Part shown: in pieces, positions 53,667-63,023 of the stretch
Position numbering within the stretch: position 1 is the first letter of the stretch
How the letters are laid out: each line of letters starts with the position of its first letter
Assembly (NCBI GenBank): GCA_016206665.1
Contig: JACQRC010000089.1
Coordinates: 8,393-72,392 of the forward strand
Direction: 5' to 3'
DNA: 64,000 nt
Origin: Candidatus Omnitrophota bacterium
Lineage (GTDB): Bacteria > Omnitrophota > Gorgyraeia > Aquiviventales > JACQRC01
Position numbers and translations under genes: made by a program
Notes under the pieces: generated by a model
Databases searched by the model: none
What the model was told of the DNA's origin: nothing
What the model saw: the letters and a program-made list of their open reading frames with translations, nothing else

Positions 53667-55164
53667 GGGGCGCCGCACCGACCGCGGGTGCCGACGCCTG
53701 GCCTACCTGAGCGGGTTCCTGCCGTTGCCTACCTGACCACACGGCCGCCCGGCGCCGCAGATGCGCTGGCAGCATCTTAAGGGCCGTGCGGTACTTGGCC
53801 ACCGTTCGTCTTGCCACCGCCATGCCCTGCTGTCGCAGCAACGTAGTCAGCGCCTCGTCACTGTACGGATGGCGGGGGTCTTCCTCCGCGAGGCAGGTAG
53901 CGATCGCGGCCTTGATGGAGGCATCCGAGAGTGAGGCGTGGGCCTCGGCTTGCGGCACACGGCTGGCAAAGAAGCGTTCCATGGGCAGGATGCCGAAGGG
54001 CGTGGCCATCAATTTGCCGGCGATCGCGCGGCCCACGGTGGACGGATGCCGGCCCACTCGCTGAGCGACCTCGGCTTGCGTGAGCGGTCGCAGGGCGGCA
54101 AACCCCTGCTCCAAAAACGCCCGCTGTTCCTCAATGAGGCAGCGGGCGATGGCGAGCAGGGTGGTGTGCCGTTGTTCAATCGCGCGCAGGAGCCAGATGG
54201 CCTGCCGCAGCCGTTCTTTGACGAAGAGCTTGGCGTCTACGGGGGCGCGGGGGTCGTGCAGCATCTGCCGGTAGGTCCGGCTCACCCGCAACCGGGGCAG
54301 CTCCTCGTCATAGAGCTCCACTTCATAGCCGTCCTCGACCTGACGGATGGCTAGATCCGGCACCCATGGGCGTTCCGCCGGCGCGCTGGTGGCGCGATAC
54401 GGTTTAGGGTTCAACTGGCGGATAAGATGACAGGCGGCCTCCATCTCCTCCAGCGAGCGACCGCTGCGGGCGGCGAGGTGCTTCAGGTCATGGCGCAGGA
54501 AGAGAGTCCAGTGCTCCCGCACGACGGCAGCCGCCAGACTGTCGGCCAGGCCCCGGTGGCGCAACTGGATGAGCAGGCATTCCTGGATGGTGCGCGCGCC
54601 GACGCCGGACGGTTCAAGGGTGTGCAGGATCTGAAGCAGGCGCTCGGCCTCGCCGAGCGGTATCTGAGCCTGGCGGGCGATCTCCTCCAGAGGGGCGGAC
54701 AGGTAGCCATCTTCATTGCACTGCTCGATGAGCAGCTCGCCCATCTGTCGCTCGGCCTCGCCGAGCGGCAGACACCCTAACTGAAGCCGCAGCAGTTCGT
54801 GGAGCGAGGGCGACGGCATCGGCTGAGCCTCCAGTCGCCCCTGTCTCGGATCCTCTGTCTGACGCTGCACGGGCGTGTCGTTGGCGGCCAAGGCTTCCAT
54901 GAGATTGTCATCAAGATCCCCAAACCGGTCCTCGTGCTCATCGCCGGCCGGCGTATCGCTGTGCGGATCCTCCACCGAGTCGGAGGTCAGCGTCGTCGAG
55001 GCTCCCTCCTCCATCTCTAACAGCGGATTTTCCTCGATTTGATGCTCGAGGAAGGCCTTCAAGTCCAGCAGGGGCAACTGGAGCACGTCGAGTGCCAGGC
55101 GTACGGATGGCGTGACCGTCAGACGCTGCAGTTGGCGAGTGGTTTGGACTGTGGATAGCTTCAT
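53635..55164 (-). CDS. rpoN: RNA polymerase sigma-54 factor RpoN
   Basis: N-terminal region I (MKLSTVQTTRQLQRLTVTPSVRLALDVLQLPLLDL), core-binding region and C-terminal RpoN box ARRTVAKYR. Confidence 0.9.
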   Translation of the reverse strand: MKLSTVQTTRQLQRLTVTPSVRLALDVLQLPLLDLKAFLEHQIEENPLLEMEEGASTTLTSDSVEDPHSDTPAGDEHEDRFGDLDDNLMEALAANDTPVQRQTEDPRQGRLEAQPMPSPSLHELLRLQLGCLPLGEAERQMGELLIEQCNEDGYLSAPLEEIARQAQIPLGEAERLLQILHTLEPSGVGARTIQECLLIQLRHRGLADSLAAAVVREHWTLFLRHDLKHLAARSGRSLEEMEAACHLIRQLNPKPYRATSAPAERPWVPDLAIRQVEDGYEVELYDEELPRLRVSRTYRQMLHDPRAPVDAKLFVKERLRQAIWLLRAIEQRHTTLLAIARCLIEEQRAFLEQGFAALRPLTQAEVAQRVGRHPSTVGRAIAGKLMATPFGILPMERFFASRVPQAEAHASLSDASIKAAIATCLAEEDPRHPYSDEALTTLLRQQGMAVARRTVAKYRTALKMLPAHLRRRAAVWSGRQRQEPAQVGQASAPAVGAAPLTNPTPTALG

Positions 55165-55428
55165 CGTGGGTAGGTGGAACGAAATTGTAGAGCAAGGTTA
55201 GCATAAATCGTGCCAAAGGTCAAGGGGTATCTGTGGTGACCGGCTGGTCGGCATCTGCACCAGGCTGCGCCGTTATGAGGTCTTTGGCGGCTACGGGCGT
55301 GTGGCTAGAACTTTTCATCAATGTTAAAAAAAGTTCTTGCGTTGCTTGGTCTGATCTGGTAGTGTTGGCACTGGCCTTATTTCCTGGCGGCATGGTGCCG
55401 CACGGGCCCCTGCAAAAGGAGGAGACCA

Positions 55429-55818
55429 ATGCAGCGAGGGTGGATTGTTGGTGTCATGCTGGCGCTGGTGGCTCTGCCATCGGTCGCCTTGGCGGCTGGT
55501 AAGCAGATGAGCGGTGGTGCCAAGTGCACCATATCGTTCACCAAGGAGTACACGGCGAGTCCGTGGACCAGCGAAGCCGAGTATGGCAAGCGTGCCTTCG
55601 GCAAGCTGGGCTTTGGAGCGAAGAATCTGCTCCTGGGCTGGACGGAGCTCTTCACCGAGCCGAAAGAGGCCATCGAGGGTGGCGGAAACTTCTTCGGCGG
55701 CCTCTGGCGCGGCCTCGTGAAAGGCGTCGGCGATGAGGTGGGAGGGGCGGTCCACATCGTGACCTTCCCGTTCACCGAGATCGACGTGCCGTTGCCGGAA
55801 GGCGGCGTGAGCTTCTAA
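55429..55818 (+). CDS. small secreted exosortase-system-associated protein (TIGR04073-like)
   Basis: Signal peptide plus the GKLGFGAKNLLLGWTELFTEP motif, reminiscent of the small XrtA-associated secreted family. Assignment is from memory. Confidence 0.4.
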   Translation: MQRGWIVGVMLALVALPSVALAAGKQMSGGAKCTISFTKEYTASPWTSEAEYGKRAFGKLGFGAKNLLLGWTELFTEPKEAIEGGGNFFGGLWRGLVKGVGDEVGGAVHIVTFPFTEIDVPLPEGGVSF

Positions 55819-55841
55819 GCTCCAGCCGTTGTTCATCTGAC

Positions 55842-55876
55842 AGGCCCCTGGGGGGAACCCCAGGGGCCTTTTTTTA
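55842..55876 (+). terminator. rho-independent terminator
   Basis: aggcccctgggg-gaa-ccccaggggcct 12-bp GC stem followed by TTTTTTTAT. Confidence 0.7.
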
Positions 55877-55877
55877 T

Positions 55878-55923
55878 ACACCGAAACACCGAAAGCTGCG
55901 AAACGGCTGCTTCCACCGAAAGC
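55878..55923. repeat. CACCGAAA triple direct repeat downstream of nuoN
   Basis: acaccgaaacaccgaaagc..ccaccgaaagc. The same heptamer (and its complement) clusters again at 61708-61785. Confidence 0.6.
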
Positions 55924-55933
55924 GCAGAACAGG

Positions 55934-57355
55934 TTAAAACCAAGATTGGATGGCGGTCGTGGCGAGGGCGAGGAAGGGACGCTGGAAGATGCCGACACCG
56001 AGGATGCCGGCGAGGCAGGCATAGAGTACGAAGCGGTAAGGCAGACCGACAGTGAGTTCGGTATCCTCCCGGGCGGGGCGCAGGTAGATCTGCTTGATGA
56101 CCAGCAGGTAGTAGTAGAGCGAGATGACGACATTGACCGCGCCGATGGCGGCCAGCCAGAAGAGCTGTCCCTGCACCGCCGAGAGGATGAGCAGAAACTT
56201 GCCGAAGAAACCCGCCAACGGGGGTACTCCCGCCAGGGACATGAGCGCCACAAACATCGCGGCGGCCAGGAAGGGTGAGCGCTGGGAGAGGCCGGCGTAG
56301 TCCTCGATCCGGTCGCTGCCGATGCGCTGCGAGACCGCCACGACCACCAGAAACGCCGCACCCGTCATCAGCAGATAGGCCAGCAGGTAGAAGAGCACCC
56401 CCGCCGTGCCCAGCACGCTGGCCGAGGAGAGCCCCATCAGCAGATACCCCACGTGGCCGATGGAGGAATACCCTAACAGGCGCTTGATGTTTTTCTGGGG
56501 CAGGGCGGCGAGGTTGCCATAGAGCATCGTGGCGCCGGACAGGGCGGCCAGCACCCACGTCCACTGGGCGTGGAGCGGCTGGAGCGTCGTCAGGAGCAGA
56601 CGGAGCAGCGCCGCAAAGCCGGCCGTCTTGGAGCCGACGGCGAGAAAGGCCGCAACCGGCGTGGGCGCGCCCTCGTACACATCCGGGACCCAAAGGTGAA
56701 ACGGCACCATCGCGATCTTGAAACCGAGACCGGAGAGAATCAGCAGCATCCCTAACAGCACGGCGGGCGTGGGCGGGTGGGTCATCAGGTGGAGGGTGAG
56801 CTCGTCGTAACGGGTGTGGCCGGTCTGGCTGTAGAGCATGGCGATGCCGTAGAGGACCGAGGCGGAGGCGACCGCGCCGAGGATGAGGTATTTCAGGCCG
56901 GCCTCGATCGACCGCGCGTCCGTGCGCACATAGGCGGTCATGACGTAGAGGGAGAAGGTGAGCAGTTCCAGCGAGACGAAGAGCAGCGTGAGGTCGGCGG
57001 TGGCCGTGAGCAGGCTCATGCCGGTCGCGGCGAGCACCAGGAGCAGGTACAGCTCGCCGCGCGGGCCGGGCAGGCGTCGCAGAAACTCGCGCGTCATCGT
57101 GACCACTAACAAAGAAGCTCCGAGAATGAGGCCCTTCATGTACCAGGCGAACCGGTCGAGGACGGCGAGGCCGTAGAAGCCGGTGCCGGAGGCCCCGCGC
57201 TGGTGCCACCACAGCGCGAGGATGAGCAGCAGCCCCACGGTGGTCACCGCGCCGAGGCGCTCCTGCTGTTCGCGTGACCAGACGAGGTCCAGCGCCAGGA
57301 CGATGAGCGCGAGCGCCGCGAGGGCCAGCTCGACCGCGAGGATGGGCCAGTTCAT
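55934..57355 (-). CDS. nuoN: NADH-quinone oxidoreductase subunit N
   Basis: 14-TM antiporter-like subunit (NuoN/ND2) with conserved Lys/Glu-rich TM pattern. Last gene of the nuoJKLMN order. Confidence 0.85.
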   Translation of the reverse strand: MNWPILAVELALAALALIVLALDLVWSREQQERLGAVTTVGLLLILALWWHQRGASGTGFYGLAVLDRFAWYMKGLILGASLLVVTMTREFLRRLPGPRGELYLLLVLAATGMSLLTATADLTLLFVSLELLTFSLYVMTAYVRTDARSIEAGLKYLILGAVASASVLYGIAMLYSQTGHTRYDELTLHLMTHPPTPAVLLGMLLILSGLGFKIAMVPFHLWVPDVYEGAPTPVAAFLAVGSKTAGFAALLRLLLTTLQPLHAQWTWVLAALSGATMLYGNLAALPQKNIKRLLGYSSIGHVGYLLMGLSSASVLGTAGVLFYLLAYLLMTGAAFLVVVAVSQRIGSDRIEDYAGLSQRSPFLAAAMFVALMSLAGVPPLAGFFGKFLLILSAVQGQLFWLAAIGAVNVVISLYYYLLVIKQIYLRPAREDTELTVGLPYRFVLYACLAGILGVGIFQRPFLALATTAIQSWF

Positions 57356-58869
57356 GGCAGCACGCCTCCGGCCAGCATGGTGGAGGCGCCGATCCGCTGG
57401 AGCAGCGCCCGGGAGCCGGTGTCGATGATCGGCAACAGGCCGTTCGGCCAGCAGCCCAGGATGAGCAGGGCCACGATGAGCGCCACGAAGGGCAGGCGTT
57501 GGAAGGGCGTCGTGGCGTCGCGCAGCTCATCCCAGCGCGACAGTGTTTCGCCGAAGAAGCCGCTGCGCACGAACCGCAGGAGATAGGTCGCGGTGATCAC
57601 GACCCCGAAGACCGCGGCCACCGTCTGCCACCGGTATTTTTCCCACGCGCCCACGAAGATCAACAGCTCCGCCACGAAATTGCCGAAGCCGGGCACGCCC
57701 GCCGAGGCCATCGCCATGAAGGAGACGGCGGTCGCGATGAAGGGCAGCTGCTTCGCCAGCCCGCCCCAGTCGGGCAGCATCCGCGTGTGCGCCTGGTCGT
57801 AAATGAAGCCGATGAGCGCGAAGGCGAGGGCCGTCATCCAGCCGTGGGCGACCATGAGATAGACCGCGCCGTTGAGGCCGATGATGTTGAGCGTCGAGAG
57901 GCCGAGCAGGACGTAGCCCATGTGGCTCGACGAGGAGTAGCCGATGATGAACTTGGCATCCTGCTGCGCCATGGCGACGAGGCCGCCGTAGATGATGTTC
58001 ATGATGCACACCGTCGCGACGAGTGGCAACCAGGCGGCCGCGCCCTCCGGCAGGAGCGAGATGGCGATGCGGATGATGGCATAGGAACCGAGTTTCATGA
58101 GGACCCCGGCGTGGAGCATGGAGACGGCGGAGGGGGCGGCGGCGTGGCCGATCGGGCTCCAGGAGTGGAAGGGCCACAACGGCGCGATCACGCCGAAGCC
58201 GATGAGCAGGAAGGGAAAGATCCAGCGCTGGAGCTCGGGCGGCAGCGGATGCAGCGCGAGGTGGTGTTCCAGCGCCGGCAGGCTGAAGGTCGAAATCCCC
58301 GAGCCGCCGTAGAGGACCAGCAGCCCCAAGAGCGCGAGGACGGCGCCGCTCGTCAGGTACAGCGTCAGCTTCATCGTCGCGTATTCTTTGGAGTAGGCGT
58401 TGCTGGCGTCGCTGCCCCAGATGCCGATGAGCGGGTACATCGGGATGACGGCCATCTCATAGAAGAGGTAGAAGAAGAAGAGGTCGAGCGAGGCGAAGAC
58501 GCCGAAGACGCCGGTGATCAGGGTGAGATAGAACAGGTAGTACTCCTTCACCCGCTCCTTGATCGAGTACGAGATGAGCACGCCGGTCCAGGCGCACAGC
58601 GCATGGAGCAGGAGCATGGCGACGGAGATGCCGTCCGCGCCGACATGGAAGGCGATGCCGACTTGGGGCACCCAGGGTATCTCGGTGACGAACTGGTAGC
58701 CGCCGGCCGCACGGTCGTAGGAGCCGACGAGTATGAGCGCCAGCGCCAGCGAGACGGTGGTTGCGGCGACGGCGATGCGGCGGACCCACGCCTCCTGGGT
58801 GCGCGGCACGAACAACAGCAGCGTCATGCCGAGGGCCGGGGCGCCGAGGATCCAGGAGACGAGGTTCAT
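57352..58869 (-). CDS. nuoM: NADH-quinone oxidoreductase subunit M
   Basis: NuoM/ND4 sequence. ATG (MNLVSWILG) at 58869 overlaps the nuoL stop (ATGA). The ORF track extends to 58950 but that upstream part is non-NuoM. Confidence 0.85.
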   Translation of the reverse strand: MNLVSWILGAPALGMTLLLFVPRTQEAWVRRIAVAATTVSLALALILVGSYDRAAGGYQFVTEIPWVPQVGIAFHVGADGISVAMLLLHALCAWTGVLISYSIKERVKEYYLFYLTLITGVFGVFASLDLFFFYLFYEMAVIPMYPLIGIWGSDASNAYSKEYATMKLTLYLTSGAVLALLGLLVLYGGSGISTFSLPALEHHLALHPLPPELQRWIFPFLLIGFGVIAPLWPFHSWSPIGHAAAPSAVSMLHAGVLMKLGSYAIIRIAISLLPEGAAAWLPLVATVCIMNIIYGGLVAMAQQDAKFIIGYSSSSHMGYVLLGLSTLNIIGLNGAVYLMVAHGWMTALAFALIGFIYDQAHTRMLPDWGGLAKQLPFIATAVSFMAMASAGVPGFGNFVAELLIFVGAWEKYRWQTVAAVFGVVITATYLLRFVRSGFFGETLSRWDELRDATTPFQRLPFVALIVALLILGCWPNGLLPIIDTGSRALLQRIGASTMLAGGVLP

Positions 58870-60758
58870 CGCAGCACGTTGACGTAGATGAGGGCGGTCA
58901 TGCCGAAGAGAAAGACGAGCACGTAGAACTGGACCCGGCCGGTCTGGCACAAGCGCAGGAGGCCGCCCGCCGTGCGCGTGACCCAGCCGGTGCCGTTGAC
59001 CAGGGTGCCGATGAGGATGAACCGCTCAAAGAGGCTGCACAACTTGGCTGCCGTCTGCTGGACGCGCAGGACCAACCAATCGTAGAAGGTGTCGAAGCCC
59101 AGCTTGTCGACGAGGGCTTGGTACACGGCCATGCCCCGCTGGATGAGTTGCTGCTCCGTCATGACCTGCCGGTAGTAGATCTGGTACGCCAGCCACAGCC
59201 CGGTGCTCATGGCGAGCACCGAGATCACGGCGACGATCTCATTGAACCCGACCTGGACGCCGTGCAGCTGGTGGAGGTACTCGGGGATGCCGAGATAACC
59301 GGCGATGATCGTGAACACCGCCAACACGACGAGCGGCACGGTCATGACGGGCGGTGATTCGTGGGCATGCCCGCCCCGGCCAGCGTGATTGGCGGGCCGG
59401 GGGAGATGGCTGCGCGGCTGGCCGAAGAAGACGACGAAACAGGCACGGCCCATGTAGAGGGCGGTGAGCCCTGCCGTGACGATGGCCACGATGCACAGCA
59501 GCCAATTCTGATGCCAGGCGAGGGCGAGGATCTCATCCTTGCTCCAGAAGCCGGACAGCCCCGGAAAGCCCGCGAGGGCCGCGGCACCGATCAAGAACGT
59601 CCCACCGGTGACCGGCATGGTCTTAAGCAGCCCGCCCATCTTCCAGATCTCCTGCTCGTGGAGGGCGTGGATGACGCTGCCTGCGCCGAGAAAGAGCAGG
59701 GCCTTGAAGCAGGCGTGGGTCGTGAGGTGGTACATCGCGGCGACCGGGCCGCCGAGGCCGGCGGCCATGACCATGTAGCCCAGCTGGCTCAGCGTCGAGT
59801 AGGCGAGGATCCGTTTGAGGTCATTCTGGACAAAGGCCATGCAGCCGGCGAGGAAGGCGGTGATGCCGCCCACCCAGGCCACGACGGAGAGCGCGATCGG
59901 TGCGGCGTCAAAGAGAAAGAAGACGCGGCACAGCAGGTACACGCCGGCCGCGACCATCGTGGCGGCGTGGATGAGGGCGGAGACCGGGGTGGGGCCTTCC
60001 ATGGCATCCGGCAGCCAGACGTGGAGCGGCATCTGCGCCGATTTGCCGAGGACGCCGCAAAAGATGAGCAGGGCCCCGATGTTCAGGAGGTTCTGTGGCA
60101 GGTAGCCGTGCTCGATGACATCCTTGAGGGCGGGCAGCGCAAAGGTGCGGTGCGCGCCGCCGAGCGGGTCGGAGACGGACCACAGCAGCAGGATCCCGAG
60201 CAGGAAGCCGAAGTCGGCGACGCGATTGACCATGAAGGCCTTCTTGCCGGCATCCGCCGCCGCGGGCCTCTGGTACCAGAAGCCGATCAAGAGATACGAC
60301 GCCAATCCCACCAGCTCCCACGATATGAACAGGGTGATCCAGTTGTCGGCCAGCACGATGCCGAGCATCGCGAAGGCGAAGAGCGAGAGACAGGCGAAGT
60401 AGCGCGGGTAGCCGGGATCGTCATGCATGTAGCCGGTCGAGTAGATGAAGATGGCGGAGCCGACGCCGGTCACGACGAGCAGCATTAGAATCGAGAGCGG
60501 GTCGAGCAGGATGCCGAGCGGCACTTCGAAACCGTCGAAGCGGATCCAGGAGAAGGCCTGCTGCAGCGGGAGCGCGGCCCCATGGAGACTGTGCCACCAC
60601 AACGTCACCGCGCAGAGGAAGGAGAGCAGCAGCGAGCCCACTGCCAGCGTCGCGGCGCGCCTCCGTCGCTGCAGGCCGACGAGGGTGATCATCAGGCACG
60701 CGGCGAGCGGCGCAAACCACGCTACCCAGGCGAGGGTGAGCAGGCGTCCGGCTACCAT
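58866..60758 (-). CDS. nuoL: NADH-quinone oxidoreductase subunit L
   Basis: NuoL/ND5 sequence, 630 aa including the C-terminal long-helix extension. Confidence 0.85.
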   Translation of the reverse strand: MVAGRLLTLAWVAWFAPLAACLMITLVGLQRRRRAATLAVGSLLLSFLCAVTLWWHSLHGAALPLQQAFSWIRFDGFEVPLGILLDPLSILMLLVVTGVGSAIFIYSTGYMHDDPGYPRYFACLSLFAFAMLGIVLADNWITLFISWELVGLASYLLIGFWYQRPAAADAGKKAFMVNRVADFGFLLGILLLWSVSDPLGGAHRTFALPALKDVIEHGYLPQNLLNIGALLIFCGVLGKSAQMPLHVWLPDAMEGPTPVSALIHAATMVAAGVYLLCRVFFLFDAAPIALSVVAWVGGITAFLAGCMAFVQNDLKRILAYSTLSQLGYMVMAAGLGGPVAAMYHLTTHACFKALLFLGAGSVIHALHEQEIWKMGGLLKTMPVTGGTFLIGAAALAGFPGLSGFWSKDEILALAWHQNWLLCIVAIVTAGLTALYMGRACFVVFFGQPRSHLPRPANHAGRGGHAHESPPVMTVPLVVLAVFTIIAGYLGIPEYLHQLHGVQVGFNEIVAVISVLAMSTGLWLAYQIYYRQVMTEQQLIQRGMAVYQALVDKLGFDTFYDWLVLRVQQTAAKLCSLFERFILIGTLVNGTGWVTRTAGGLLRLCQTGRVQFYVLVFLFGMTALIYVNVLR

Positions 60759-61054
60759 TTGAGCAGGCGCACCTCATCCGCGTTGAGCGTCTTGAGATGG
60801 CGCACGAGCAGGATCGCGATCGCCAGGCCCACGCTCACCTCGGCGGCGGCGACGGTCATGGAGAAGAAGACGAGGATCTGGCCATTGAGGTTGCCCAGAT
60901 AGCGGGAGGCGGCGACGAGGGCGAGATTGGCGGCATTGAAGAGGATCTCGATGGAGAGCAGGAGCAGGATCGCGTTGCGGCGCGTCACCATCCCGACGAA
61001 GCCGATGACGAAGAGCGCGGCGCTGGCGACGAGATAGTGGTGCAGGTTGATCAT
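60752..61054 (-). CDS. nuoK: NADH-quinone oxidoreductase subunit K
   Basis: 100-aa 3-TM protein matching NuoK/ND4L, including a conserved Glu (LSIEILFNAANL). Confidence 0.85.
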   Translation of the reverse strand: MINLHHYLVASAALFVIGFVGMVTRRNAILLLLSIEILFNAANLALVAASRYLGNLNGQILVFFSMTVAAAEVSVGLAIAILLVRHLKTLNADEVRLLKW

Positions 61055-61130
61055 GGTTCGACGCGCCCCGCCTTCGGCGTGGCTTGCTCACCATGACCCT
61101 GAGCGAGCCCGTACGGGCGAGTCGAATGGG

Positions 61131-61622
61131 TCACGTGTCGATCCGCCGCTTGGCGAGCACGACCGCGCCCACGATGGCGGCCAGGAGCAGCAGCGACGTC
61201 ACCTCAAAGGGAAGCAGATACTGGGTGAAGAGCAACCGCCCGATCGCCGTGATGGTCCCCGGCGTGTCGGGGGCGGGCGCGGCCGCCGTGAGCCGAAGGA
61301 TGGGCACCAGGACCGAGAGTAAGACCAATCCGGCGCCCACGCCGAGAACGAGCAGGGTGTGCTGCCGGGTGCGCGAGAGTTCCTGCTGGTTCAGGTTCAG
61401 GAGCATGATGACGAAGAGAAACAGCACGAGGATGGCCCCGGCGTAGAGCAGGACCTGCAGCGCGGCGACGAAGAAGGCGTGGAGCAGGACAAAGAGGGCG
61501 GCCACCGCGAACATGCTGACCAAGAGCGACAGCAGGCTGTAGATGGGCGAGCGCAGGGCCACCGCTCCGATGGCGGCGACGAGCATGACGGTGGTGAAGA
61601 GATAGAAAAAGCAGGCTTCCAC
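61131..61622 (-). CDS. nuoJ: NADH-quinone oxidoreductase subunit J
   Basis: NuoJ/ND6-like 5-TM protein. GTG start (MEACFFYLFTTVMLVAAIG) chosen; the ORF-track extension to 61829 crosses the repeat-rich intergenic region. Confidence 0.7.
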   Translation of the reverse strand: MEACFFYLFTTVMLVAAIGAVALRSPIYSLLSLLVSMFAVAALFVLLHAFFVAALQVLLYAGAILVLFLFVIMLLNLNQQELSRTRQHTLLVLGVGAGLVLLSVLVPILRLTAAAPAPDTPGTITAIGRLLFTQYLLPFEVTSLLLLAAIVGAVVLAKRRIDT

Positions 61623-61707
61623 GTGGGGTCCTGAGGTTGTGAAAAAAATCACAAAGTTGTGACTTCCAATTATAGAAAACATCTTGTTGATTGTCCACAT
61701 AAAACAG

Positions 61708-61785
61708 ACCACCGAAGCACCAAAACCCACCGAGCCACCGAATAGACCGGATTCGGTGTTTCGGTGCGCTTCGGTGTCTCGGTGG
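61708..61785. repeat. large imperfect inverted repeat built from CACCGAA / TTCGGTG heptamers in the nuoJ-peptidase divergent intergenic region
   Basis: Left arm ccaccgaagcaccaaaacccaccgagccaccgaa, right arm ttcggtgtttcggtgcgcttcggtgtctcggtgg. It shares its heptamers with 55878-55923. Confidence 0.6.
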
Positions 61786-61874
61786 TATGCTTTAGGTACC
61801 CCCCCACTGCTCCCTTGCCAGCTGCCCACGGCTGTGTTAAGCTATTGCACACTTCACCACGGAGTTTCCGACGC

Positions 61875-63014
61875 ATGCCATCAGCCGCCCAGAACGGCGA
61901 GGCGATGGTGCTCATCGCCGACAGTGAACGCGACGCCAACCTGTATTACGCCACCCGCTTTTTGGCTCCCGACCCTTTTATTTATGTGCAGATGGGGGGC
62001 CGGCGCATCCTGCTCATGAGCGACCTTGAGGTGGACCGGGCCAAGGCCCAGTCACGGGTCGATGAAGTCCTGTCGCTCTCCCAGCTCGGGCGGCAGGTGA
62101 AGGCGCGGACGCAGCAGGAGCCATCGGTGCTCGATCTCGTCGACCATCTCTTGCGTGAACGGCAGGTGAAGAGCCTCACCGTCCCCGCCACCTTCGGTGT
62201 CGAGTACGCCGACTATTTTCGGTCGAAGGGCTATACGCTCACGACCAAGCGGGAGCCGCTCTTCGAACAGCGCGCGGTCAAGGCCGAAGAGGAGATCCGC
62301 GCCATCGAGCAGACCCAGCGGGCCACCGAGCGGGCGGTGCAGGCGGCCATCGACATCATCCGGGAATCCGAGATCCGCGGCGAGGAGCTCACCATCGGCG
62401 GCAAACCGCTGACGGCGGAGCAGATTAAGAAGGTCATCAACCTCCATCTGATGCAGAACGAATGCGTGGCCCAGCATACGATCGTGGCCTGCGGGGTGCA
62501 GGCGGTCGACCCGCACAACGAAGGCTCGGGCGTCCTGAAAGCCCATCAGCCCATTGTCATGGATGTGTTTCCCCAGCACGCCCAGAGCCGGTACTACGCC
62601 GATATGACGCGCACCGTCGTCAAAGGGCGAGCCTCCGACAAGGTCAAGCGGATGCAGGCGGCGGTCCTCGAGGGCCAGGCGATCGCCTTCCAGGCGATCC
62701 GGGACGGCGCGGATGGCTCGCTGATTCATCAGGATATTCTGGACAGGTTCACGCGGCTCGGGTTTGAGACCGGCGAGATGGGCGGCCGCATGCAGGGTTT
62801 CTTTCACGGCACCGGCCACGGGTTGGGTCTCGAGGTCCACGAGCCGCCGCGGATCAGCCCGAAGCGGGACATCTTGAAGGCCGGCATGGTCGTCACCGTC
62901 GAGCCGGGGCTCTACTACCTTGACGCCGGCGGGCTGCGCATCGAGGACCTGGTGGTCGTCACCCAGAATGGCTGCCGCAATTTGACCCAGATGCCGAAGG
63001 TTCTTGAAGTCTAG
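61875..63014 (+). CDS. M24-family metallopeptidase (Xaa-Pro aminopeptidase / prolidase-like)
   Basis: Creatinase_N-like N-terminus and the metal-binding block FFHGTGHGLGLEVHE, VEPGLY. Confidence 0.8.
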   Translation: MPSAAQNGEAMVLIADSERDANLYYATRFLAPDPFIYVQMGGRRILLMSDLEVDRAKAQSRVDEVLSLSQLGRQVKARTQQEPSVLDLVDHLLRERQVKSLTVPATFGVEYADYFRSKGYTLTTKREPLFEQRAVKAEEEIRAIEQTQRATERAVQAAIDIIRESEIRGEELTIGGKPLTAEQIKKVINLHLMQNECVAQHTIVACGVQAVDPHNEGSGVLKAHQPIVMDVFPQHAQSRYYADMTRTVVKGRASDKVKRMQAAVLEGQAIAFQAIRDGADGSLIHQDILDRFTRLGFETGEMGGRMQGFFHGTGHGLGLEVHEPPRISPKRDILKAGMVVTVEPGLYYLDAGGLRIEDLVVVTQNGCRNLTQMPKVLEV

Positions 63015-63023
63015 GCCTTCGGC

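Noticed and set aside
55165-55428. Possible sigma54 promoter upstream of the TIGR04073-like gene (TTGGCAC at ~55365 and CTGGCGG at ~55385)
   Set aside because: Neither candidate has a GC dinucleotide at the required 10-nt spacing from the GG, so they do not meet the -24/-12 geometry.
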